Assembly: GCA_963713605.1 (NCBI GenBank) | Contig: CAVQMO010000003.1 | Span: 414,841 to 478,840 of the forward strand | DNA: 64,000 bases | Reading direction: 5' to 3' | Source: an uncultured Nitrososphaerales archaeon | GTDB taxonomy: Archaea > Thermoproteota > Nitrososphaeria > Nitrososphaerales > Nitrososphaeraceae | In this document: piece after piece, positions 44,469 through 55,873 of the stretch | How positions within the stretch are numbered: position 1 is the stretch's first letter | Layout of the letters: each line of letters opens with the position of its first letter | Position numbers and translations under genes: made by a program | The notes under the pieces: model-generated | What the model was told of the DNA's origin: nothing | What the model saw: only the letters and a program-made list of their open reading frames with translations | The model's database searches: none

Positions 44469-46264
44469 GAGTTTTCCTGTCGCTCGCAAGGATTTAGCCA
44501 TTTCTGTCATTGCTTGCTACGCAATCTCTGTGATTACCCGTTCGTGGCTCATCCTTCTATCGCGTCGAATGTGGCAACCATGCAGGGACAACCAAATATA
44601 GCGGAGGCTTACCCATAGCCCCTCGATGATGCTTTTTCGCTGGCTTAGCGAGCTATCGGTGTACCCAAAAATAGGTGTGATCTGCTTTGTGGTTGCTCGT
44701 CTATCTTATTGCCATACAAAATAAAATAGGAGGTGATGATGTTGATATATGTGTGTTTCATTTTGTTTAACTAAATCACTTTCCATAGTAGTAAAGAAGC
44801 TTTATTGTGTCTGCCCTTCATACAAGAAACCCCATTGGCCATCGCAATCAATGAGAGCTAGATACTCTGTCCAGGATATCTATAGTCTATCTGTCTTTCG
44901 AACTAAAGAATATCAGTGCCAAAACTATGGTATAGAAAGTAGGATTATTTCCTTAGTTGCGAACCTTATCTAGTTTCTTTTCAATGCACACATGAAAAGA
45001 AAAATATCAACTCCCTTTGAGAGAATGACAAGGGACAAGTCACACGAACCTTCTTCCAGGATAGAAAATAACCTGAAATTACTTTAGCTTAATAGGTACC
45101 ACAATTTAATGATTCTATGATGAGGATGGTCTCTTAGATTAAGTACTATCTGAAGAGCACATATAAATGCCAAAATAAGTATTAGAACAATCGGAAGTAA
45201 GTTCAAGCCTAGAATTGCTACAGCTCTCACTTTCTTAATGTCCACTGCATTTCCGTTTGGAACAAGTCCACTATTCAGCTACAACAAGTAGTCCATTCCT
45301 CATCTTTCTTTTTTTTGATTCTATAAAATAGTAAGACTACTTTTTCTTATTGTTATAATACGACCATAGGTCCTTCATGACTAGGTTAAAGTTATCCTGT
45401 AGACCATCTAGTCTTGGACCCATTCTTTTATCTTCAAGATGAGTATCGATAACATGTCTGTATAAACCGTCAATCGCTTTTAGGTAAGCGTAAACATATG
45501 ATTCCAATGGTATATCCCTTGCCGAACTTTAACGTCTTTCACGCTCTTCTCAGCTCTTTGTACACTATTTCACCTTTGCTAATTATGATTTCTTCTAGCG
45601 TTTCTTTTTCATTCGACATCTTATGACTAGATAAATTGGACATAAATATAAAATATCATGCACCCAATAACCATCCTTGAGACTGAACAGTAAAAATTTA
45701 ACTATGCTCTCTTGGAATACTAGCCTGGTCTTTGCCCCTGTATCTCCCAATTGCGAGAAATGAATCATTGAGCTCCTTCCCCATCAGCATACCCCTAATC
45801 AGTGTGCTAGTGCAGTAGTAGTAGCTAAACTAAGCTATAATCGCGGTACACTTTATATAGAATAACTAAACGTCGTCATTGCTCAACAAGATGGCAGCTT
45901 CGAGTTTGAATGAAGCCTATATAAGTTATATTTGTGAACTAATCTACACGACTTAACAACTTGATTATATTAGTTACCTTTACAGAATACCCTTAGAGTT
46001 GCCAGAAAGCATAAGCCTAGTTTGTTTATCTTTAACCATAACACCTGTACGTTCTACTTATAAAGTGATAATTTCATTCTGAATTATGAAAAAATCAAGA
46101 TCATTGAAAAGTATTCAGCTGACTCAAATATGTGTAGTTGATGAATACGCTGTACGCTGGAATTCCCGCGATGAAGCTGTGCGTTAAGAAATAACAATAT
46201 ACTTGATATGACGTATTTTCCGTTAGCACTTAACAAAAAAAGAGAGGGTAGGTTAGCTTAATTT

Positions 46265-46523
46265 TTATTCTTCTTCAGAAACTTGGCCTTGTACTCCGTC
46301 TATTGCTACTGCGTTCTCTTCACCTTGAACTTGTGAGCCAATGTTTTGACAGAAGACGTTCAATGGTAATTCACCATTTCCACATGCGTTGGCTTGTGAG
46401 ACTGCTTGATTCTTGCCATAATGTTTCTTTCCGTCTGCAAATGCACTGTCTGTTGCAAGAGCTGTTGCGCCAATGAGCATTACTGCCATTGCTGCCTATA
46501 GCTACCATGTATTTAGTATTCAT
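46265..46523 (-). CDS. Small secreted protein with a Cys pair, frameshift near 46495
   Basis: MNTKYMVAI/AAMAVMLIGATALATDSAFA signal, then DGKKHYGKNQAVSQANACGNGELPLNVFCQNIGSQVQGEENAV. Confidence 0.7.
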
Positions 46524-46970
46524 ACTAATAGCAAACTGAAAATCGAGTTTATCTACATTAGGCAAATTCAGACCCTAGTATAAATCTGATATTTTTTCTA
46601 TTAGAGCTGCAATAGTCAGCTACAGGGTCAAAGATTCTTCGTGAGACCACTATTGTTTGAAAGGCATTACCTTCTTCTTGGCAATTCATCATACCAACCG
46701 ATCAGACCTTTACATCTGCCACAAGAAGCTCCGTTCTTGAATCATTCATATTAGAAAATTCTGTCATTTTTAATCATACTAAGCCATTCTCCTTCTTATA
46801 ACAGTAGAAAAGGGATAGAATGCACAGAAGAAAAGGAATGAAAAGGGATCGGATCTACGTTTAGCAAATGTAAACGCAGATAGATATCATAGTTACTGAG
46901 TTACATCAAAATGTTATAAATGTTATATCCCTAAAGTAACTATATTGGAGGTCCATTGATATTTGTACGT

Positions 46971-47222
46971 ATGAATAAATCTCAAAGCCTCGCATTAGTT
47001 GCGATAGGAGTAATAGCAGTACCTACTAGTCACAGCGGCAGTAGCTGATCCGCAAGACGTCATGGCTGGTAAAAAACACAAAAAACATCATCATCATGAT
47101 GGCGCAGCTGCCGCAGCAGCAGCAGCAGGAAACTCGGCAGCCGCTGCAGCAGCAAGTGGCCACGGCGCAGCCAGCAGCAGCAGCAGCCGGCGGTGCAGCC
47201 AGCAGCAGCAGCAGCCAACTAA
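46971..47222 (+). CDS. Small secreted His-rich/poly-Ala protein (needs about 3 indel corrections)
   Basis: Reconstruction: MNKSQSLALVAIGVIAV/LLVTAAVADPQDVMAGKKHKKHHHHDGAAAAAAAGNSAAAAAASGHGA(A)nGGA(A)nN*; GCA-repeat tracts. Confidence 0.5.
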
Positions 47223-47239
47223 AATAGCAGCAGTCACTT

Positions 47240-47270
47240 GAAAGGGTTGTCAAAACCTTTCTCTTTTTTC
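47240..47270 (+). terminator. Hairpin plus T-tract after the poly-Ala gene
   Basis: aaagggtt-gtcaa-aaccttt followed by ctcttttttct. Confidence 0.4.
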
Positions 47271-48132
47271 TCTGCCTTCGGAAATTTAAGCACTTTCATC
47301 GGGAACGTATAACTGATAAAAATATTAGATAGAGGGCGACAGAGACACTCAACATATCTGGTCTAACACGTCAATACAGAAGTGTAGAAATTGTTGAGTT
47401 CCTACTTAGTGTGATAAGGTCGCATTGAATATAGGCTTTCTCAAACATTGAGATATAGAAATATGCTTCTACTGGCATCTATGAAGTCAGTTTTATAGGA
47501 CAAGGTTTTGTCAATTACAGGTGCAGTAGACAAGGTTCGGATTGGCTTTCCTGCAAGTACTATATTGCAGCAGCTGGAGTTATCGAGAGTTGGAATTGGT
47601 AGAGGTACGTTACTAAAGTCAGGAATTTCGAAAACGTACGACGTTACTATACCTATAAGCATATCAACGGGTATAAAGAATCCCGGCAATCCAAGCACTT
47701 CCTTTACTGCTACTACACCCACTAGAGATACGCTCTGGAACTGTGATAGATGGTTCCTCGACAACAAATGTATATAGCGTTAGACAAATTGGTACATCTG
47801 ATATAACCACTGAAAAGCTAGCCAATAATGCAGTTACTGGAAATAAAATAAAGGGTTTAGACTCTCTTTTACTACATGAACCGATGCGGACGCCGAACAG
47901 GGTGATATCATTTACCCTGAGCGATAATATTTGACCGTATTATCTATGTTTAACGCAGTGGCAATAGATATATTGACGATTAAATACAAGCTCGGATATT
48001 TAGGTCATGTCTATGTCTACAACTCAAACAAACAGGGCAACTCTAAAAGACCGAACTGCTGAGATGTCATTGCCACTCAGACTACAACGGTGATCCTTAT
48101 TATTTATATACTATAAGGTGAAAGAATCATGA

Positions 48133-48810
48133 GTGGTAATGATTTCTAATATTTATTCTAATAACAGATTCACGACACCTTTAGTTTTGACGGCAGTAGT
48201 AACATCAGTTCTTTCAATTTCCCTAATGCTATCGGTACAACCAATAAGTGCTATACAACCAGTCAACCAATTTCCTCAATTGGTCGCTCCTCCGACAAAA
48301 TTAACTTATACAAGCCTTGGCGGCGATCTGAGAGGATCGATAGAAGGACTTCTTAGTGACCTGACAGATATTGCCGGTTCGACTGGTGGACAGCTTTCGG
48401 GTAAAATTGCTAGCTCGGAGATCAATTTGAATAACGGAACTGTAGATAAGGTATTGTTCGGAAATTGGTCTCTTGACTCAGAGCAAGGTAATAGTCCTAT
48501 TTTGCTTGTGGATTTTGACGTACTGAGCAATTCCAGAGGTATTCCCCTGAAGCAAGTTGCAGCAGAGCACTTCGTGATTAGCAACCTAACTGTAAATTCT
48601 ATGCAACAAAATGATGGAAATATGGAAATCGGGGGTTCGGTAAAGGTAATTAAACAACTGGGAAACCAACAGCAACAAGTGTGGAATGATGTCGGAGCGA
48701 GACTATCACTAGCAAATAAGGTTCTGCTCTTAACCTTAGATGAAAACTCCGAACCAGGACAAATATTCGCTCAGAGTCCAATTGTAGGCTTTGTAGCACA
48801 ATCAACTTAG
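48133..48810 (+). CDS. Hypothetical secreted protein
   Basis: N-terminal hydrophobic helix, LFGNWSL, C-terminal PIVGFV; beta-rich. Confidence 0.65.
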   Translation: MVMISNIYSNNRFTTPLVLTAVVTSVLSISLMLSVQPISAIQPVNQFPQLVAPPTKLTYTSLGGDLRGSIEGLLSDLTDIAGSTGGQLSGKIASSEINLNNGTVDKVLFGNWSLDSEQGNSPILLVDFDVLSNSRGIPLKQVAAEHFVISNLTVNSMQQNDGNMEIGGSVKVIKQLGNQQQQVWNDVGARLSLANKVLLLTLDENSEPGQIFAQSPIVGFVAQST

Positions 48811-49603
48811 GCTATTCCAATACCACATATACCGCCAGTATTCACTACTTAAGATAATAGTGAATCATTTCCAGACATCCTTCCACATGTCTTTACGAAT
48901 CTCATTGCATTTTTAACTTTGATAACGGTTGCCACGCCTGCCTCATCAGAATATAGAACTCCAAAGTAACAAATACAACTCGACAAGAAAATAAAGAGAG
49001 TAGGAGATACGCTCGCATCTATGGGTTGGCTAACCTCCCGCGGTACACCATCTGCATGTTAATCCCATAAAGGGTAGCATACTAATAAGGGCTGTACCTA
49101 CAATCATTCCGATCACACAAATGTTGTATTTTGTTGCTTTGAACATATTGATTGTACATAACTTGGAAGGATTACTACTCTACTCAATTATCGTTTGAAT
49201 AAATCAGGAGTTGACAGAACAAATCAGAAACAAGTATGAACTGAATCTTCTGGGAGAAAAGAAGAAAATACATTGTTTACTTGGGGACCGAGGTCGAGTT
49301 GATACAAATCAGACTACATCTCATTCTTTCCACAACTACTATGGAGTGACTTTCGCAAGCTAATCTGCTGAATCTGTATGAGAACCAAGTCATATTTTAG
49401 GTATTTTAGATATTAACCAATTTATGAGATCCTCGGTATATCTTAACGAATGAATGATACATTGTTTCAATATCCTTGAATACTACTCATATCGTGATTA
49501 TACTAGGGTTAAAACCAGACTAACGCTAATTACCACTTATGGAATCTTGTGCAGAAACTCTGATTGGAATCAACAGGATGTTTGGAATCGGATATGAAGT
49601 AGT

Positions 49604-50098
49604 ATGAGCCACACGCTACCCTATCATAACGATACGGTCAGACCAGGCTACCCTAAAACAAGCGTAAATAGAAAAAAGAGAGTATACATTATGTATTTTG
49701 TCGTTATTGTAATAGGGGCAATAGGATCATTGGGGATGGCTGTTGGATTTTTTAATTATGGGGGATTGAGTCCTACAAACGATGATCAGGCTAGGACATC
49801 AATTTTATCAGATCCACTCGATATGGGAGAATTAAAAGGAAAAGTAATTAATCATAATACGTTATCTCCCGGTGGGGCTACCGTCTTAGCATATAAGAGC
49901 TCTGGATTTTCTTCCTCATTTAAAAAAAATGGCGAAGACACTATAAAATCTAGAATTTCGATCGATAATACTTTCAACCTTCATCTGCCGTCTGGAGTCT
50001 ATAATTTGATCGTATTTTATCATGATGGAACACACGATGTAATCAAGAATCTTGTAATATGGCCCAACACAACCAGAACCCTTTTAATTAATTACTGA
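49604..50098 (+). CDS. Membrane-anchored protein with carboxypeptidase-regulatory-like beta domain
   Basis: TM helix, GELKGKV..GATV, F.LHLPSGVYNL. Confidence 0.6.
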   Translation: MSHTLPYHNDTVRPGYPKTSVNRKKRVYIMYFVVIVIGAIGSLGMAVGFFNYGGLSPTNDDQARTSILSDPLDMGELKGKVINHNTLSPGGATVLAYKSSGFSSSFKKNGEDTIKSRISIDNTFNLHLPSGVYNLIVFYHDGTHDVIKNLVIWPNTTRTLLINY

Positions 50099-50505
50099 TC
50101 TGATTCTAAGCAAAACCTGACCTGGGTTTGACACCTCGTCATAATTAACCAATATTTGAGAGTCCTGAAAGAAAGGCATATCTTCAATTATTCAAGGGAT
50201 CATAAGTTCACAAGTTCATGTGTTCTTATGTACTTATGTTAAAATGTCCAAATGTCCAAATGTTCAAATATTCAACTATTACAACTTTGGCTTAACCTTT
50301 GATAAGTTTCATCTATTCATTGTATATCTTCATCTTATCATGAGCCCAACCGATAACATCGTAGCACGCACTTGCGTTGATTTGATTTATGTTTGGATTG
50401 AAGATTTTCCTCATCAATATTAGTAATGCATAGTTGAAGCCCATTGTGATTTATCACCACGAGTGCTGACATAGGTTATTTAATAACATATGTCATTATT
50501 ATTCT

Positions 50506-51588
50506 ATGGTTGAATCTGCGCAAACAAGATTATTCGGCTTATGCAGGAAGAGAGTAGAGAACATGCCAATTATTCTAATAATACCAATAATTTTGTTACC
50601 CTCTGTTATCGTGATAATGGCGATCTCGTATCCGTATGCAAATGCTGTCACAGAGAACGACAGCAACGTAGTAGAGATTGATGTCAAGTCTCCTTTCAAA
50701 GGCGCTGATGGGGAGATAAAACTGATGGGAGTCGTTCATAACACCGGAGATGTGCCGTTAGAGGTTAAGCTCGGCGTAAATACAACAACAACTACTGGTA
50801 AGGCAACTGAAACACTGGGAATGGCAGAAGCTGCTCCATATAGTAGGGTTCTCTATCCTTATAGCGTTTCGCCTTTCAAGTTTTCAATCAAATCAACAGA
50901 TCCACAAAGCCAGGCTACATTAAGCGGAATTGGAAAACCATTTATAACTGGTTTCGAGAAACTATCTACTCCAAACTATGACGGCCTAGTAATTTTGAAC
51001 TACACTAATATTCCGTTCGGAGAAAATGCTGCTCTTGTCGGAACCGTCAAAAATTCAGGTCCATTCGAGCTACGGAATGTTGCCGTGTATGCATCCGCCC
51101 ATGATAAGAACATGGCACAGGTCGATTCAGTAAAGAGTAACATAATTCCGATCTTGGAGCCTGGCCAGGAGATGACCTTTACTGCAACTCCAGATCCTAC
51201 CAGGGAATCTCAAATAAAGTATTATAGTTGTGCGGGCGTTGATATCAATCCTCAAATGAATAAATTAATAATAGATGGTGATAAAGTGGTACGTTATGAT
51301 CTTGAAGGACCAGTTGCGATTAGAGACCTAAAATATGATAATGCAAGTGACAGTATGTTATTTGGGGTAAAGCATTATAATCCGGATGGAGGTCCCTTGG
51401 CTATCAAGATGGCTTCTAATGAATATCCTGGTAGTCAGAATCCCCTGTCTATAATGCTTGACGGAAAAGACCTACCCATTGAAAGAACCGCAACAAATGA
51501 CAATGGAAAGGTACTGACCATGAATATCGCAATACCTCCAAAGGAACATGAGATTCAGATAATAGGAATAAGTGATTTAGTTTCCTAA
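50506..51588 (+). CDS. Secreted FxLYD-like domain protein (two repeats)
   Basis: GVVHNTG...PFKF and GTVKNSG..NVAVYASAHD...LEPGQEMTF. Confidence 0.7.
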   Translation: MVESAQTRLFGLCRKRVENMPIILIIPIILLPSVIVIMAISYPYANAVTENDSNVVEIDVKSPFKGADGEIKLMGVVHNTGDVPLEVKLGVNTTTTTGKATETLGMAEAAPYSRVLYPYSVSPFKFSIKSTDPQSQATLSGIGKPFITGFEKLSTPNYDGLVILNYTNIPFGENAALVGTVKNSGPFELRNVAVYASAHDKNMAQVDSVKSNIIPILEPGQEMTFTATPDPTRESQIKYYSCAGVDINPQMNKLIIDGDKVVRYDLEGPVAIRDLKYDNASDSMLFGVKHYNPDGGPLAIKMASNEYPGSQNPLSIMLDGKDLPIERTATNDNGKVLTMNIAIPPKEHEIQIIGISDLVS

Positions 51589-51627
51589 CTATTCCTTTTA
51601 TTGATTAGAGATACATTAATTCTGGTA

Positions 51628-51880
51628 TTACATTTCTTTAACGACATCAGCGAACAATTTTAATGCTCCTAGATCAAGGGGATCTTGAAATGCTAACAGA
51701 AATTGGTTGATCCCTATATCTGCGTATTCCTTGACTCGTGTTGCCACTTTTTCTGGTGTACCTATCAAACCATGTTTCAGTATTTGACTATATGAGCCAG
51801 GACCTCTCTCCATGATAAACATCTTTTTCTTATATTCCAATTCCGAATCCGAATCAGCAATAATCACATCTAGCTCCCGC
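51628..51880 (-). pseudogene. C-terminal fragment of an LLM-class flavin/F420-dependent oxidoreductase
   Basis: ELDVIIADSD...GLIGTPEKV..RVKEYADIGINQFLL.F.D....LKLFADVV. The 5' part is absent and the Prim-Pol ORF begins about 10 nt away. Confidence 0.75.
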
Positions 51881-51891
51881 CCTCTCTTCCT

Positions 51892-54160
51892 GTGTATACT
51901 CTTTCCCTCCCTTTCCCGCCAGAAGAAGAATTACTGAGCATAAAAGAATCGAAAATTGGAAAAGTTGAACCAGTAAACTATATCCGCAATCATTCAGAAT
52001 TTTGGACTGAAGAAAGACTCAAAAAAGAAGCCCATAGATTTAAAAACGTAGCAACTACTCTTGGAAAAACACGTCTCGAAGCAGAAGATGGCACTCCATT
52101 ATATCTCAATGTTCTTGATATAGATAGTAAACCAATCTTTACAATATTGAGCATAGTAAGTGACAAATATGGAAAAGATTGCTTTTTTCTAGACAAAACT
52201 TGCAAGTCGACTTTTGTGACCTGGACTAAAAAGAGATATGGACGACATATTTTTTGGTTATCTAAAAAGCAGTATGAGCCGATCATTACCAGTGAATGTA
52301 AACCTGGACACAAATTTGAAATCAAGACTAACTTTGGTTTAGTAGCTCTTCCAGAAAGTAGACATAGAGACAATCCTAATTTTCACTATCAAAAGATTGG
52401 CATAGACAAGATTCGAAAGAAATGGACAAATGTACGATTTCTTAATGGAAACTCTCAAAGATTGCTTAAAACCTAAGCGTGATAAAAAAACAAACTATTA
52501 TACAGAAGAGAGTACAAGTTGGTCAAGAATCAAACTAAATGATGAACAGATACATTCATTATATCAGTTGTTATATCCATGTTACACAACGGGCTATAGA
52601 GATGAAATAATATATGGTTTGTCTGGGTTATTGCACAAGCATCACATAGCGATCGAGTCATCTATGTCACTAGTACAAAAACTGTCTATCAATGATGAAG
52701 AAAGAGATAGCCGGATATCAATTTTGCATTCTACATATCAGAAGAATCCAAAAGAAGTCAGTGGATACCAATATCTTCTCTCAGTTTTGGAAAATGTGGT
52801 AGAAGGCGGTCTAGCCTCCGCAAAAAACATTCTAAGAAAAATTGTAAACATAATTTCTGTTAGAGACACTGATCAAGACATAATTACTAGTCTCACTGAA
52901 CAAGTCATGACCGAATATTCTCTTAAAACAATGAGAGATAATGAAGAATTGTACTATTATGATACTGGTCTGGGATTATATCTAAGGCTTGGTGATTCAA
53001 TCATTAAAGAATATTTAGAGATTTTATATCCAAAGATCAAGACACATATGGTTAACGAGATTATTCAAAAAATCAAACGAAGAACATATGTAGATAGGGA
53101 ACAATTCGATAATAATATTGACATAATAAATGTTCAGAATGGACTACTAAATATCTGGACTGGCGAACTTAGAGATCATTCACCAGACTTTTTGAGTATT
53201 GTTCAATTACCACTAAAATACAACCCGAGGAGTAGATGTCCAAATATTGGAAGATATCTGAGACAAGTATTACATCCAGAAGATGTACCTACAGCTTTGG
53301 AAGTAATTGGGTACACTTTATACCGAACTGCAATATACGAAAAAGCTGTCATGTTGCATGGAAACGGGGATAATGGCAAGGGCGTATTTATCAAAGTGTT
53401 AGAAGCATTTGTCGGTTGGCAAAACTGTAGTCATGTACCGTTACAAGATCTGGATAATGACAAATTCTCAACGGCTGATTTGCATGGAAAATTAGTAAAT
53501 ACTTTCGCTGATCTTAAATTTCAAAAATTAATGGCGACCGGCAACTTCAAGACTCTAGTGTCAGGTGATTCAGTCCGAGCTCAAGAAAAATATGGTAAAC
53601 CATTCAGCTTTAGAAATTACGCCATACTCATCTTCAGTACAAACAAAATTCCCGATTCGGATGATAAGAGTTATGCATACTACAAGAGATGGCTAATCTT
53701 GTCTTTTGAAAAAGTTTTTCAAGGGACATCAAAAGATACCGATCTCATAAACAAGTTGACCATACCAGATGAGTTATCTGGACTGCTCAATCTGGCTTTA
53801 ATTTCGCTAAAACAGTTAAAGAAAGATGGCGGATTTAGGGACATTTCAGTTGAGAAAGTGAGAAAAGAATATGAGTACAATTCGAATACAGTTAAAGCAT
53901 TCTTGGATGACAGATGTGTTATAGATTTGACTGCGCCAGATTATATCATATCGACTGTTCATCTGTACAGTGATTACTGGAATTTTTGCCAAGAAAAACG
54001 AGCGAGACCATTAGAGAATAATGTATTCGGTTCTAAACTAAAAGAATATGGCATTGAGAGAGATCGTATGAGAAGCCAGGGAGACAGAGAGTATTATTAC
54101 TTTGGTGTAACGCTTCGAAAAGACTTGCGGGGCCAAAATCAATCTCTTTTTAACAACTAA
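51892..54160 (+). CDS. Prim-Pol (AEP) fused to P4/D5-like SF3 helicase, frameshift near 52420; 5' end possibly truncated
   Basis: NVLDID, TKKRYGRHIF, FEIKT..LVALPESRH (Prim-Pol); INVQNGLLN...LRDHSPD (D5_N); HGNGDNGKG Walker A, FADL, FSTN, YYKRW; C-terminal wHTH-like LYSDY.NFC. Confidence 0.9.
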
Positions 54161-54238
54161 AAGCCAGAGATTAACTAGACCATTTTAGATTATTTACAAC
54201 TGAAATTCGAGGCTCAGTATAATATATAATCTGTCTGC

Positions 54239-54365
54239 AGTGTCCCCCTTAGAACCACTATCTCTTTTCTATTTTCTATATATTATCTTCTACTATACTA
54301 TATCTTATAATTTAATCTAGTTATTACGGGGATAGATAGTGATTGACCACTAGGGACACTAGGGA
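54239..54365. other. Candidate replication origin: nested inverted repeats around an AT-rich core
   Basis: AGTGTCCC (54239-46) pairs with GGGACACT (54353-60); CACTATCT (54256-63) pairs with AGATAGTG (54334-41); direct repeat CACTAGGGA x2. Confidence 0.5.
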
Positions 54366-54767
54366 ACCACCATTTATTGAAGCAGGACGAGCCAAAAAAT
54401 GGATTTGAAAGCTCCTACCATATTAGTGGAAATTGGGAGAATAGCAATTGGTCGCGGTACGATTCAAGAAGATATGAACCCTGAAATCTAGATATAGATA
54501 TATGACCAATTTCAGTTTAGCTCGGGCTATCGATATGGGGGTCTTGAGAGTCAGTGATGTTTCAATTCTGCCAACACTTCGTGTAAGTACTCTTTCGCTT
54601 CTTGCTCACTGAGAGAAGATCTGACTTGTAAACTAAAACACGGCATAAAATATCGAAGTAATTAGACGGGTACGAAAGCAGAAATGAAATCTAATATAGA
54701 ATAGTTATCTAATTTATCTGAATTAACCGAAAAATACTTGTTAATAGAGTACATATCGCGAACAAAC

Positions 54768-55197
54768 ATGTTTCAAACTCGCTACATAAAGTACGGCACA
54801 TTATCGGGACTTATACTGCTCTGTACAATTATTCTGGGCACTACTGAAGATAGTCAGAGACTGGTATTTGCACAGATAACTCCGGCACCAGCACCAGAAG
54901 ATAGCGGCAGTCACGCATCAAATACTGATGGCAGTAATAGCAATGATGATTCTTCTGGTTCGGCATCTGGTTCCAATGACGATAACAATGATAGTGACGG
55001 AACTTCCAAATTCAGAAGATTTATCATCATCGAGTGAAGATTCTGATTTATCTGATCCAGATGACAGCAGTGATGCTGGGCAGGGCACTACCGAAGAGCC
55101 AGATAATGATATGACAACTTCAGAAGAAGAGACCAATCCATTATTGGAAACCATAACGAATAAAGTCACTAATGAATTAGCGAGCAAGCTGGGATAA
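54768..55197 (+). CDS. Secreted Asp/Ser-rich low-complexity protein, frameshift near 55008
   Basis: Signal peptide ending VFAQ, acidic D/S/N tract, C-terminal NPLLETITNKVTNEL. Confidence 0.6.
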
Positions 55198-55282
55198 CCG
55201 ATCAAGGATTCTAAAAATTAAACCCCATATTTTTTTGATATTTGATTTAATTGCTATTGTGCTTAGCGTATTAGTTACACCG

Positions 55283-55519
55283 CTAAAAACATTTCAGCAA
55301 GAATTTGCAGTTTTCGCATGTGTACGCCAACTTATCGAAGCTCGAGCACAATTCCATAATGCCATAACAACGCGGGCATTCTGTCTCCATGTCAAGTTCA
55401 GACACCGCCGGCTCTTCTTTTTGCTCCGGTAAATTGGATTCTTCTAATGCTTCAAGAGCATGATTTCTTTCCGGTTCCGTTTTTGGAGGGACTAGTTTAG
55501 CATGGCTTTGTCTGGACAT
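55283..55519 (-). CDS. Small Zn-ribbon protein
   Basis: ECPRCYGIM...YTCENC. Confidence 0.65.
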   Translation of the reverse strand: MSRQSHAKLVPPKTEPERNHALEALEESNLPEQKEEPAVSELDMETECPRCYGIMELCSSFDKLAYTCENCKFLLKCF

Positions 55520-55873
55520 ATCTTACTCTTATCAAAAATGACTATTATATGAGTGTGACTTGTAAGTGGGGGAGAGAGGTGTACATGTATATTTTCCAAT
55601 ATTTTAAGTTTCATACACGTAGTCATTTCTTTGGCTCAATTGCATGGTATTCAAACATGTGTAAGATTGTATCATAAATGATTGTTTCTTCGCCGATTCC
55701 ATAAATAGTGCAATTACAGTCAAGTCCGACATCTTGGCAGCGAACACAAAAATTGTTGTATACAATTTTCATATGCTTGGGACATTTGATTAATGCAGTA
55801 AAATTTGTTATATTTACAGTGTGATGTATTGTACTAGCAACTACGATCTAAGAAATCTAAGTGTGATTGATAC

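Noticed and set aside
45410..45620. Degraded small ORF (MSNEKETLEEIIISKGE...)
   Set aside because: Needs multiple frame corrections and has no recognisable family, so it cannot be supported as a feature.
47026..47253. Cys-rich minus-strand ORF resembling a metallothionein or RiPP precursor
   Set aside because: The Cys/Leu/Ala runs are the reverse reading of GCA repeats. The plus strand gives a coherent signal peptide plus poly-Ala protein with a terminator.
47743..47934. ITTEKLANNAVTGNKI motif suggesting a phage-tail-like or surface repeat protein
   Set aside because: Single isolated motif in a short ORF; at most a relic, with no supporting viral genes.
47508..54491. Similar short peptides STILQQLELSRVGIGRGT (~47555) and PTILVEIGRIAIGRGT (~54415)
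   Set aside because: Too short, with no convincing DNA-level repeat or family assignment; may be chance.
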